Positions 47,859 to 56,487 of a DNA stretch of 64,000 bases are shown in pieces. Both the position numbers and the translations under genes were made by a program. The stretch lies in the sequence record PP047754. One strand, given 5' to 3'. Below the pieces are notes generated by a model that was given only the letters and a program-made list of their open reading frames with translations, had not been told where the DNA came from and ran no database searches. Within the stretch, counting starts at the first letter, position 1; every line of letters begins with the position of its first letter. The stretch is from Escherichia phage KEP4.

Positions 47859-47955
47859 CTATGTCTCGTTAACCTGACAGGAACTGGAAGTTCAAAACTA
47901 TCTATTGGCTGTATACTAAATATCTCTATAAAATGGCACTCGATGGAGCATCAAA

Positions 47956-50900
47956 ATGCAATCTACAAATTTAAACCGTCGCCCGTATTGGGATGACTGG
48001 AATCCTGGGAAACGTTTTTCACGGATTCTTTTTCGTCCGATGCCTATCAAGGTTCAGACTCGCGAACTGAATCAGATGCAGACTATTCTTCAGGATCAAA
48101 TTGAAAAACTGGGCAACCATTTGTTCAAAGATGGTTCTATGGTTATCCCTGGCGGTTTGACGATCACTAACGCCGCAGTCTCTTTGAAATTCACTTTGGC
48201 TGGTGGTACTGAATTCACTGATCTGGAAGGTATTTCTGAACTCTACGTTTTGGGGAAAGACAATAACGCCAAAGCGCGTGTGCTGTCTCTTGAACGTGAT
48301 CTGTCTGCTCCTGATACAATGCTGGCTATCCTTGAGATGACTGAAGCGGGTAATGCTGACGGATTCCATGTTAACGATAATCTGTATTTCCAGACTTACG
48401 ACGTGAATGATAATTTCATTCGTATTGGTTATGGGATCGCGGCTGCTGTGACTGGTTCTATCGTTGCTCGTATGACGAAAGGCGTTTACTTCATTCGTGG
48501 GATGTTCCTAGACGTTGATGACGCGACTCTTATCGTTGATAAAACTTCGAACACGTCTTCCCACCGCGTCGGATTTAAAGTCACTGAAACCATCGTGACT
48601 GAATCTGAAGACGAATCCCTTTATTCAAATGCTCAGGGAACGATTAACTCCAAAGCCCCAGGCGCTCATCGTCTTCGAATAGATCTGGTCTTATCTCGAT
48701 TTGATTATGATGCTGTGGTTGAAGACTTTGTTGAACTGGCCAAAGTTCGTGATGGTAAAATCCAGTCTATGGTGACTCAGTCCACCTATAATATTCTGGA
48801 AGACACGTTGGCCCAACGGACGTATGAAACCAACGGCGATTACAACGTTTCAACGCACCAGATCGACATCCGCGAACACCTGAAAGTCAATAACAATGGT
48901 GGTGTATTCAATGCTGCTGATGGCGGCGACGAAAGTAAATTCGTGTCTGTAATGAAACCAGGTATTTCCTATGTTCGCGGTCGCCGTATCGAAAACGTCG
49001 GGGAAGAGTTGGTGATCGTTGATAAGGCGCGGGATACCGATGTCCTGAACAACACCCCTGTTGCGGTGGCCACAGGCAATTATCTGGTCACTAAGAATTC
49101 TAAAGGTGTGCCAGTGATATCCCGCACCGTTCGATACAAATTACTGAATGCTTCAGGCGTTACCCAGGCTACAGCACTTTGTATATCAGCTGAACGTAAT
49201 TCAACAGAATTTCGTCTGTATATGCGCGACCTGGTCGTTACTGGCGATGCATCCACTATCACCAAAGTGTCTTACGAAGAAAGCGGTATCACCATGTTCT
49301 CTGCTGAACTGGAATCCAATCAGTTTAACCAGAGTTCTATGATAGATCTGATCTTCTCTCTTCCGGTATTCGGTGTCAAGACTTTAGCACCAACTGGCTC
49401 CGTGGATATCAACTACACTGTTCTCAGAACGTATAAAGTGACGTTGGACAACAGCGGCGCGGGTTCTATTTCTGCTCCATTGGGATATAGTTTTTCCCCA
49501 GAATTTTCGTTGTACTCTGCAGCGAAATCTGATGGTTCTGAAGCGCAGTTCGATATCTCTGGTTCTTTGTCTTTGACTGGTTCTCCGGTCGGTTCGGCGT
49601 TGCAGATTTCTCTGGGCAGTGGTAATGCTAACCAGTCAATCAATTTGCTGGCGCTGATGATTCGTACCACGGCCACAATCAAAACGAAGACCATCACTGA
49701 AACAACTGAAACAGTGACGTTCACCTCGCAGACTAGCCACCCTTTGGCGAATCACGATGGTTGGAAATTGGTGTCGGTCAAAAACGATACTGGCGCAGAC
49801 GTGACCTCCAGCTTCGTCCTAGATGGCGGACAGCGTGATGCAGGGTATTACAAGTCTAACTTGTTATCCAGCGCTGGAGCAATCTCAGGGACGTATACAG
49901 TGGTGTATCAATACTTCGCCCACAGTTCCGGTGATTTCTTCTCTGCTGATTCGTATACTTCGATGGATTATAAAGATATCCCGAATTATACATCTTCTAC
50001 ATCAGGCGCGGTGTACGGCCTGGCAGATAGTTTGGATTTCCGTCCGAAAATCACCAACGGAACTTCTGACACAGATATGGTTCGTCCAAACACTGCAGTT
50101 ATTCTGGACACAGAATATTATCTGCCGCGTATTGACGCGATTTATCTGGCAGATAACGGTGTGTTTGGTGTGGCTCGTGGCATCAGTTCGAACAATCTGG
50201 CTTCTCCAGCAATCCCAGCGAACGCCATGCGTTTGTATGAATTGTTGATCCCACCGTATACGCCGAATATTGATGATATCCAAATTCGCACTATTGACAA
50301 TCGTCGTTATACGATGCGCGATATCGGTAAACTGGAAACCCGTATTTCCAATGTTGAATACTATACCTCTCTGTCACAGTTGGAATCTTCAGCGATGACA
50401 CAGCAAGTGTTTGACCCCATCACGGGTAATCCTCGTTTCAAAAATGGTATTGCAGCTGATCCGTTCAAAGACTTCCGGTTGATTGATGACTTGTCTGAAG
50501 ATTGGATGGGTTCTATCGATACCGAAAACGGACGTCTGCGCCCGTTTGTACAACAAAACGTTGTTGACATGACTCCGGTTGGCTGGAACAAAGTGATGGA
50601 TGGGATGGTGGTTTGTAATTACACGCCTGAAATCTCAGTGAACCAAGAATATGCGACGACGACGATCAACGTTAACCCGTATGCAGTATTCAACTGGGAA
50701 GGTTTCTTGAAGATTAACCCGACCACGGACTACTGGTTCGAAAACTATTATGTTGCCCCGCGTATTATTAATGAAACGATCAACACCCGTGGTACTGTAC
50801 AAGAAGGTTCAGTGTACGGAACATGGCGGACTGTTTCTGTTTCTGATCGTGTTTGGGAGCCGCATGGTGCTGGTGGTGTGTGGTGGGGATATCGTTACCG

Positions 50901-52794
50901 CACGACTGTTTCTGCCCGTGATGTGACCACATACACATACACAGACAAAACAACCACGACCATGACTGGTGAACAGATTGTGGAGACGCAAGTTATCCCA
51001 TACATGCGCGAGATCGATATTTCTTTCGACGCATCTGGACTGCGACCTTTCACTCGTATGTATGCGTTCTTCTCTGGTCGTGACGTCAATCTGTATTGCA
51101 AACCGAATGGCGGTAATTTCGGTGACCCAATCACCACTGATGCCAATGGTGCTGTTAAAGGTGTATTCCGCGTTCCACAGAACGATACAATCAAGTTCAA
51201 CACAGGTGACAACGTGTTCCGCTTGACAGATAGCCCTGTTGATAGTAAATCTGCGGATGATACACTGACCAATGCAGAAATTGTTCATAAATCTTTCGGC
51301 AAGAAACAAGGTATTCAAAAGACCTTTGTCAACACTCGTGTCTTGGGTTACACTGCCAGCACTCGCACCGAAACTTCTACTTCTGAAGTTGTGGTCGACC
51401 AATGGCGTGATCCGATTGCCCAATCGTTTATGGTGGCGACTAAGATTGGCGGCGAGTATATCGAAGGCGTGGAAGTATTCTTCTCTACCAAATCTCGCGA
51501 TGTACCGATCACTTTGGAAATTCGCGAGATGGAGAATGGCTTACCTTCTCACACAGTCATTACTCGTAAGACTTTGAACCCATCTGAAGTGACGATCTCT
51601 ACAGACTCTTCCGGCGGTACGAAGTTCACCTTTGATTATCCGGTGTATCTGCAAGCATCGACTGAGTTTGCTATCGTTTTGTTGGCGAATACTCAGGATT
51701 ACAACGCGTATATCGCGGAAATGGGCAAGAAAAACCTTCTGTCCAACGAATATATCGCCAAACAACCGTATACAGGGGTGTTCTTCACTTCTTCAAACGG
51801 TTCAACTTGGTCTCCGAACCAAATGGCTGATATGAAATTCCGCATATATCGTTGCAACTTTGCGGCTGGTCAGAACGTTGTAACATTTGATCCGAAGCTC
51901 GGGCCAAAACAACGTCCTCTGGGTCTGAACACTCTCAACTGTGTGAGCGGGTCTTCTGTTGTGACGGTGTTTGCACCTGGTCATGGTTTGGTTGCTGGGA
52001 ACAATGTTACTCTGTCTGAATTGACAGGTGGTTGTGGGTTCACCCCAGAACAACTCAACAAAACATTTACCGTGACAGACGCAAGCTATACTTCATTCAA
52101 GATTGATGTTGGCGCAGCAGCAGACAGCAACGGTCAGATTGGTGGTGACAACGCATCTTTCTTGGGCAATTATCTGGTTGATATGTTCTATGCCAGTGTC
52201 ACCAATTCAGCTCTGGAAGGTTCAATTCTGAAATTGGAATATCGCTATCGCGATGCTACTTCCAATTCTATGTCTGATTGGGCTGAATTTGAAACTGACA
52301 CTGACGTGGCGTTGCCGACTGAAGGGATCTATCGTCAGGTCGGGGATTTCCAGATCCGAGCCACCATGACGCGCAGTGAAAACAACGTGTACACCGCTCC
52401 AATGATTGATGGTGATGACCTGAGCGTAATCTTCAACTCATACGGCGTGGATCCATTTGAAGATGTCTTCAAATATGTGACAAAAGACATCGGATTTGAT
52501 AACCCATGTTCGACTGTGAAGTTGTTCTTTGGTGCAATGCTCCCATCTCAGTCTTCTATGAAGGTGCAGGTGAAACTTCTTAGAGCAGGTCAGGAGATGG
52601 ATAGTGTGGCTTGGGAAGATGTTACTCCAACGTCGCCTCTGGTCAACGACGGTTCTACATTCTTTGAATATGAATACGACAAGACTGTGGCGAGCAATAA
52701 CCCGTTTGTTGGCCTGAAAGTCCGAGCGCTTGTACGGGGGAACCGCGTTGCTCCTCCATCATTCAAAGACTTCCGTCTTATTGCTCTGGCATAA
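47956..52794 (+). CDS. very large virion structural protein (putative baseplate/tail-fibre-associated)
   Basis: 1612-aa ORF with the CTAAATATC motif 32 nt upstream; Thr/Ser/Gly/Asn-rich like fibrous proteins. Function inferred from position between tailspikes and neck genes. Confidence 0.55.
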   Translation: MQSTNLNRRPYWDDWNPGKRFSRILFRPMPIKVQTRELNQMQTILQDQIEKLGNHLFKDGSMVIPGGLTITNAAVSLKFTLAGGTEFTDLEGISELYVLGKDNNAKARVLSLERDLSAPDTMLAILEMTEAGNADGFHVNDNLYFQTYDVNDNFIRIGYGIAAAVTGSIVARMTKGVYFIRGMFLDVDDATLIVDKTSNTSSHRVGFKVTETIVTESEDESLYSNAQGTINSKAPGAHRLRIDLVLSRFDYDAVVEDFVELAKVRDGKIQSMVTQSTYNILEDTLAQRTYETNGDYNVSTHQIDIREHLKVNNNGGVFNAADGGDESKFVSVMKPGISYVRGRRIENVGEELVIVDKARDTDVLNNTPVAVATGNYLVTKNSKGVPVISRTVRYKLLNASGVTQATALCISAERNSTEFRLYMRDLVVTGDASTITKVSYEESGITMFSAELESNQFNQSSMIDLIFSLPVFGVKTLAPTGSVDINYTVLRTYKVTLDNSGAGSISAPLGYSFSPEFSLYSAAKSDGSEAQFDISGSLSLTGSPVGSALQISLGSGNANQSINLLALMIRTTATIKTKTITETTETVTFTSQTSHPLANHDGWKLVSVKNDTGADVTSSFVLDGGQRDAGYYKSNLLSSAGAISGTYTVVYQYFAHSSGDFFSADSYTSMDYKDIPNYTSSTSGAVYGLADSLDFRPKITNGTSDTDMVRPNTAVILDTEYYLPRIDAIYLADNGVFGVARGISSNNLASPAIPANAMRLYELLIPPYTPNIDDIQIRTIDNRRYTMRDIGKLETRISNVEYYTSLSQLESSAMTQQVFDPITGNPRFKNGIAADPFKDFRLIDDLSEDWMGSIDTENGRLRPFVQQNVVDMTPVGWNKVMDGMVVCNYTPEISVNQEYATTTINVNPYAVFNWEGFLKINPTTDYWFENYYVAPRIINETINTRGTVQEGSVYGTWRTVSVSDRVWEPHGAGGVWWGYRYRTTVSARDVTTYTYTDKTTTTMTGEQIVETQVIPYMREIDISFDASGLRPFTRMYAFFSGRDVNLYCKPNGGNFGDPITTDANGAVKGVFRVPQNDTIKFNTGDNVFRLTDSPVDSKSADDTLTNAEIVHKSFGKKQGIQKTFVNTRVLGYTASTRTETSTSEVVVDQWRDPIAQSFMVATKIGGEYIEGVEVFFSTKSRDVPITLEIREMENGLPSHTVITRKTLNPSEVTISTDSSGGTKFTFDYPVYLQASTEFAIVLLANTQDYNAYIAEMGKKNLLSNEYIAKQPYTGVFFTSSNGSTWSPNQMADMKFRIYRCNFAAGQNVVTFDPKLGPKQRPLGLNTLNCVSGSSVVTVFAPGHGLVAGNNVTLSELTGGCGFTPEQLNKTFTVTDASYTSFKIDVGAAADSNGQIGGDNASFLGNYLVDMFYASVTNSALEGSILKLEYRYRDATSNSMSDWAEFETDTDVALPTEGIYRQVGDFQIRATMTRSENNVYTAPMIDGDDLSVIFNSYGVDPFEDVFKYVTKDIGFDNPCSTVKLFFGAMLPSQSSMKVQVKLLRAGQEMDSVAWEDVTPTSPLVNDGSTFFEYEYDKTVASNNPFVGLKVRALVRGNRVAPPSFKDFRLIALA

Positions 52795-52846
52795 ATAGTG
52801 TTGAAAGGTGGGCGTAAAGCCCACCAAACCAATAGAGGATAAAGAT

Positions 52847-53095
52847 ATGCGTGGAATGAAAGTACAGGGGCACGCATCCATGTTGAGAAGCAGTTCTTGT
52901 CCAGGCGCGATCATTTGTACTGATCATGCTGCAGGTATGGCTGCATTGCAAGCCCGTCAACGCAACGAAACCCGTGAAGCCACCATTGTTGAACAATCAA
53001 ACCAGATATCGAATCTGGAGGCGACGATCAAAATGATGGCCGAAAAGTTGGGGATAGAAATCCCCGAAGGAGGTCAGAATGGCGACGCAAGCTGA
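52847..53095 (+). CDS. hypothetical small protein
   Basis: ORF 52808..53095 trimmed to MRGMKVQG... with GAGGA RBS. Confidence 0.4.
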   Translation: MRGMKVQGHASMLRSSSCPGAIICTDHAAGMAALQARQRNETREATIVEQSNQISNLEATIKMMAEKLGIEIPEGGQNGDAS

Positions 53096-53420
53096 AAGAT
53101 CTGGGCTTGATATCCGTGGTATCTTGACTGCTGTCGTGGCTTCTGCATTGGTCTCGGCGGCGTCGTTCCTTTGGTTTATGGGTGGGATGGAAACACGCGT
53201 GAATGTATTGGAGCGAGATTCTAATAAAATGGATCAGGTCCTTCAAAAGGTGAATGACATGAGTGAGCGCATGGCGATCATGAATACAGACCTCGCATAT
53301 GTCAAACAAAATATGGCTGAGTTAAAACTCAATAGCAGCAGCCTATCAGACGATGTCCGCACATTGCGGATTACTGTATCTGATTTGCAGCAACGAGGGA
53401 ATAACAATGGCCGTCAATAA
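53079..53420 (+). CDS. membrane-anchored coiled-coil protein
   Basis: 113-aa ORF with GGAGG RBS; one transmembrane helix (ILTAVVASALVSAASFLWF) then heptad-like sequence. Confidence 0.5.
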   Translation: MATQAERSGLDIRGILTAVVASALVSAASFLWFMGGMETRVNVLERDSNKMDQVLQKVNDMSERMAIMNTDLAYVKQNMAELKLNSSSLSDDVRTLRITVSDLQQRGNNNGRQ

Positions 53421-54159
53421 AATTCGCGACAAGAAATCTTTTATGAACTATGTCTTGCGTAAATTGGGCGCTCCGGTCATCCAAATTAACCTTGACAGTT
53501 CACAAGTAGAAGATGCTGTTGATGATGCTCTACAGAAGTTTTGGGAATATCATCGCGACGGTAGCCAAGATGCGTTCTTCCTGTACCAAGTTAAGCAAGA
53601 AGATATCGACAAGGGTTATATTGAATTCCCAGAAGATATTGACGATGTGATTGAAGTTATCCCTGGACCTCCTATTGAGTCAATTGGAAACTGGGCAACT
53701 CCTCAATGGCAAATGGCCCAAGCCATGCTTGTACCAAAAGCGGCGCTTGTGTCTATTCGTCTCATTGATTACGTTTCCATGCAACAGCGCCTGTCTGATA
53801 TCACAAGCGTCTTGAATGTTCGTCGTAATTTTGTGTACAAGAAGTTCCAGCGACGCCTTTACCCGCAATTTGCTGCCACCATTGATGAAACTCTGGCTTT
53901 CCGTTGTTATCAGAATATCGACCCCGAATCGGAAGAAAACGCTGAAGCATGGAATGACATGTGGTTGAAAGCGTATGCGACTGCATTGGTTAAGCGCCGT
54001 TGGGCAGAGGTGCTTAAGAAGGCAAGAGGCATCCGTCTCCCAGGTGGTATCGAACTGGATGGTGATAGTATGTTCAGTGAGGCCGAGACCGAGATAGAGC
54101 GGTTGGAGGAAGAATTGCGTACTGGTCAGCAATACCCTATCGATTTTATGATGGGATAA
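53407..54159 (+). CDS. neck protein, T4 gp13-like
   Basis: ORF 53353..54159; start placed at MAVNKIRDKK... (GAGGGA RBS). N-terminal YVLRKLGAPVIQINLD resembles the gp13 ...LRRLGAPIINVEL... region as I recall it; T4 13-14-15-16-17-18-19-20 order. Confidence 0.55.
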   Translation: MAVNKIRDKKSFMNYVLRKLGAPVIQINLDSSQVEDAVDDALQKFWEYHRDGSQDAFFLYQVKQEDIDKGYIEFPEDIDDVIEVIPGPPIESIGNWATPQWQMAQAMLVPKAALVSIRLIDYVSMQQRLSDITSVLNVRRNFVYKKFQRRLYPQFAATIDETLAFRCYQNIDPESEENAEAWNDMWLKAYATALVKRRWAEVLKKARGIRLPGGIELDGDSMFSEAETEIERLEEELRTGQQYPIDFMMG

Positions 54160-54163
54160 GAGA

Positions 54164-54181
54164 AGGCGGGATAACCCGCCT
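54164..54181 (+). terminator. bidirectional hairpin terminator
   Basis: AGGCGGG-ATAA-CCCGCCT followed by TTCTTTTTA; also directly downstream of the antisense gene 54188..54400. Confidence 0.6.
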
Positions 54182-54187
54182 TTCTTT

Positions 54188-54400
54188 TTATAACTTGATG
54201 TCGCGTTCGGAAGGATTTGAATTTGCTAGAATATAACCATCAACCACGTTCTTTTCATCCCACCATTCAATAAAATCATTCCCATCTTTGCCTTTAATAA
54301 GACCCACAATGTTATAAGAATTATTTGCGACTTTAGCGTCCACACAGATAATTCTCACACGCCTTCCGTCACGAGTTTCTTTAATATCTTCAACCTTCAT
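54188..54400 (-). CDS. hypothetical small protein encoded antisense within the structural module
   Basis: 70-aa minus-strand ORF in an otherwise plus-strand late operon, flanked by the bidirectional terminator. Confidence 0.4.
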   Translation of the reverse strand: MKVEDIKETRDGRRVRIICVDAKVANNSYNIVGLIKGKDGNDFIEWWDEKNVVDGYILANSNPSERDIKL

Positions 54401-54461
54401 TTATCAATTCCTCAAAAGAATTAATGATTGACTAAATACCTTCAAAATTGAGGGTAAAGTC

Positions 54462-55103
54462 ATGGCTACTTCAAAATATTTCAACTATACAGCACACCAA
54501 GGTACTCAGAAATTAATTGACGACTTGGTGGTCGAGATGATACAACTACGTGGGATTGACGTCAAGTATATTCCACGTTCCATCGTTGAAAAATACCCAA
54601 TTTTAAACGAGGCTGAACATAAATTCGACCAGGCGTTCGATATCGAAGTATACATGCAAGATTACCAAGGCTTTAACACCCAAATGTGGGAGAAGTTTGG
54701 CGGTATTCAATTACAAGATGAAGTGACGTTCACCATTGCTCGTCGCCGTTTTTCGGAAGTGATTGGTAATGGGCCAGGACTTGAGCAGATGCCTCAAGAA
54801 GGTGATTTGATATACCTCCCAATGGCGAACAAGATATTCAAAGTGAATAACCCGAATAACGACGAAGAATTTATGCAATTCGGTAAATGGTACACATATT
54901 CCTTACCGTGCACGTTGTTCCAATATGGTAATGAAGATTTTGATACTGGTGTATCTGAAATTGACGACATCGATAAACGTTTACAAGATCTAGACGGCGA
55001 TGGTGTCTATAAAGATGCCAGTCTACAGACAGATAACCAATTTGCGGACGAAATAGAGAAAGATCTTTCGCCCAATAAAATGAAGATAGACTTCGGGGAA
55101 TAA
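54462..55103 (+). CDS. putative neck protein (gp14 position)
   Basis: 213-aa ORF with CTAAATACC motif 22 nt upstream; assignment by synteny only. Confidence 0.45.
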   Translation: MATSKYFNYTAHQGTQKLIDDLVVEMIQLRGIDVKYIPRSIVEKYPILNEAEHKFDQAFDIEVYMQDYQGFNTQMWEKFGGIQLQDEVTFTIARRRFSEVIGNGPGLEQMPQEGDLIYLPMANKIFKVNNPNNDEEFMQFGKWYTYSLPCTLFQYGNEDFDTGVSEIDDIDKRLQDLDGDGVYKDASLQTDNQFADEIEKDLSPNKMKIDFGE

Positions 55104-55105
55104 TC

Positions 55106-55804
55106 ATGGCCAGACCATTTGAAAAATATTTCTACCATGAATCGTTGTTGAAATACATTCATGTCTTCAACGCTATCATGTCAGATTTAAAAGTCAAAAC
55201 CGAACGTGGCTTGATGGAAATCCCGCTGCATATGGCTATTGGCCGTCGCAATGACCTCAACAGGAACGTGCCAGCCAATATGCTGCCATTTGCGACTATG
55301 TCCTTCGGTCAATTCGAAATTAATAAACAAGTGACCAAGTCGTATCATAATCAGATATCGACTGCAACTGCGCGGTCCAAACAACGAATTCCGATCATTA
55401 TAGATTTTGAATATAACATCAGAACGAAGAAACTGGTCGAAATGCTACAGGTGTTGGAACAAATTTATTCTGTGTTCACTCCTTCTATTGATTGTCAGAT
55501 AAAAGACAACGATACGTTATCTCAAGATCAAAACGTGAAGATTATGTTGACATCCCATACCATTTCCGATAACTGGGAAGGGGATGCCGCTGAATCACCC
55601 CATATAGATTGCACCTTTAATTTTCAATTACATGGGCACATTTATGGCGAAGATTATTGGGTCGATGACGGCTCTGGCGGTGGTGATCCGAACGTTATCA
55701 AAGAGATAATTATTGAAATGTCTAATGATTTGAACACGCCATGGTCGGAACTGCCTGAGTGGTTCCGAGTTGACAAAGATGGCATACATCATCCGGAGGA
55801 TTGA
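55106..55804 (+). CDS. tail completion / sheath stabiliser protein, T4 gp15-like
   Basis: 232-aa ORF immediately upstream of the terminase genes; N-terminal pattern resembles gp15 as recalled; synteny. Confidence 0.5.
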   Translation: MARPFEKYFYHESLLKYIHVFNAIMSDLKVKTERGLMEIPLHMAIGRRNDLNRNVPANMLPFATMSFGQFEINKQVTKSYHNQISTATARSKQRIPIIIDFEYNIRTKKLVEMLQVLEQIYSVFTPSIDCQIKDNDTLSQDQNVKIMLTSHTISDNWEGDAAESPHIDCTFNFQLHGHIYGEDYWVDDGSGGGDPNVIKEIIIEMSNDLNTPWSELPEWFRVDKDGIHHPED

Positions 55805-56487
55805 TCATGAGCAATATGTCAGAAAGGTTACTTGCGACGCTAGACGCGGTGACTGCCAGAGATGAAGTTGGTAAGGAGGCGATGGAAGCCGTCTCTCCAC
55901 GTCCAGGTATTGACTTCGATGAAAAAACGGGCGAGTGGTTTGGTGAACGCCCAGAAGGTTATCAGCCGATTCCAGAACCTCCATCATTGGAAGATATCGC
56001 GTCCAAAGAATCCAAGGTTCCGGAGTTTGCGGATACTGATGCCACAACAGATTACAAGCGGATACGCGACACAACATATGCCATGCAAGAAGCCACGATG
56101 TTCATGATGGGGCAAGCTGCTAAATTAGCTGCATCTACCGAAGCCCCAAGAGCGTTTTCCGTGTTTCGTGAATTGGGCGAACTCATGCGCGGCCTGAACA
56201 AAGACCTGATGGAAAACCAAAAAACCATCAAAGCTGTGACAGGGGATAAAGAACCGCCGACTGATGACACAACCGTGGATGTTACCACTTCACCCGACGG
56301 GACCACAACAGTATCTGTTGGGAAGAAAGCGAGATCTTCGCGCGATTTATTGAAAACGATCGAAGATGCACGCCGCCGCGCTGAAGAACGCGCCCAGGCA
56401 AAAGCCACCCAACAAACCGAAGATGAAATTATCGACGGAGAAACGGTTGACGTGAAGGAAGAAGACGATGGCGTATCAGAAGCGTGA
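55801..56487 (+). CDS. terminase small subunit (gp16-like)
   Basis: 228-aa ORF overlapping the TerL start by 20 nt; central region resembles T4 gp16 as recalled; acidic C-terminus. Confidence 0.6.
   Translation: MIMSNMSERLLATLDAVTARDEVGKEAMEAVSPRPGIDFDEKTGEWFGERPEGYQPIPEPPSLEDIASKESKVPEFADTDATTDYKRIRDTTYAMQEATMFMMGQAAKLAASTEAPRAFSVFRELGELMRGLNKDLMENQKTIKAVTGDKEPPTDDTTVDVTTSPDGTTTVSVGKKARSSRDLLKTIEDARRRAEERAQAKATQQTEDEIIDGETVDVKEEDDGVSEA

Noticed and set aside
47956-52794. 1612-aa protein as tail tape-measure protein
   Set aside because: In T4-type gene order the tape measure does not sit between tailspikes and neck genes upstream of terminase, sheath and tube; the protein is not alpha-helical/repeat-rich in the way tape measures are.
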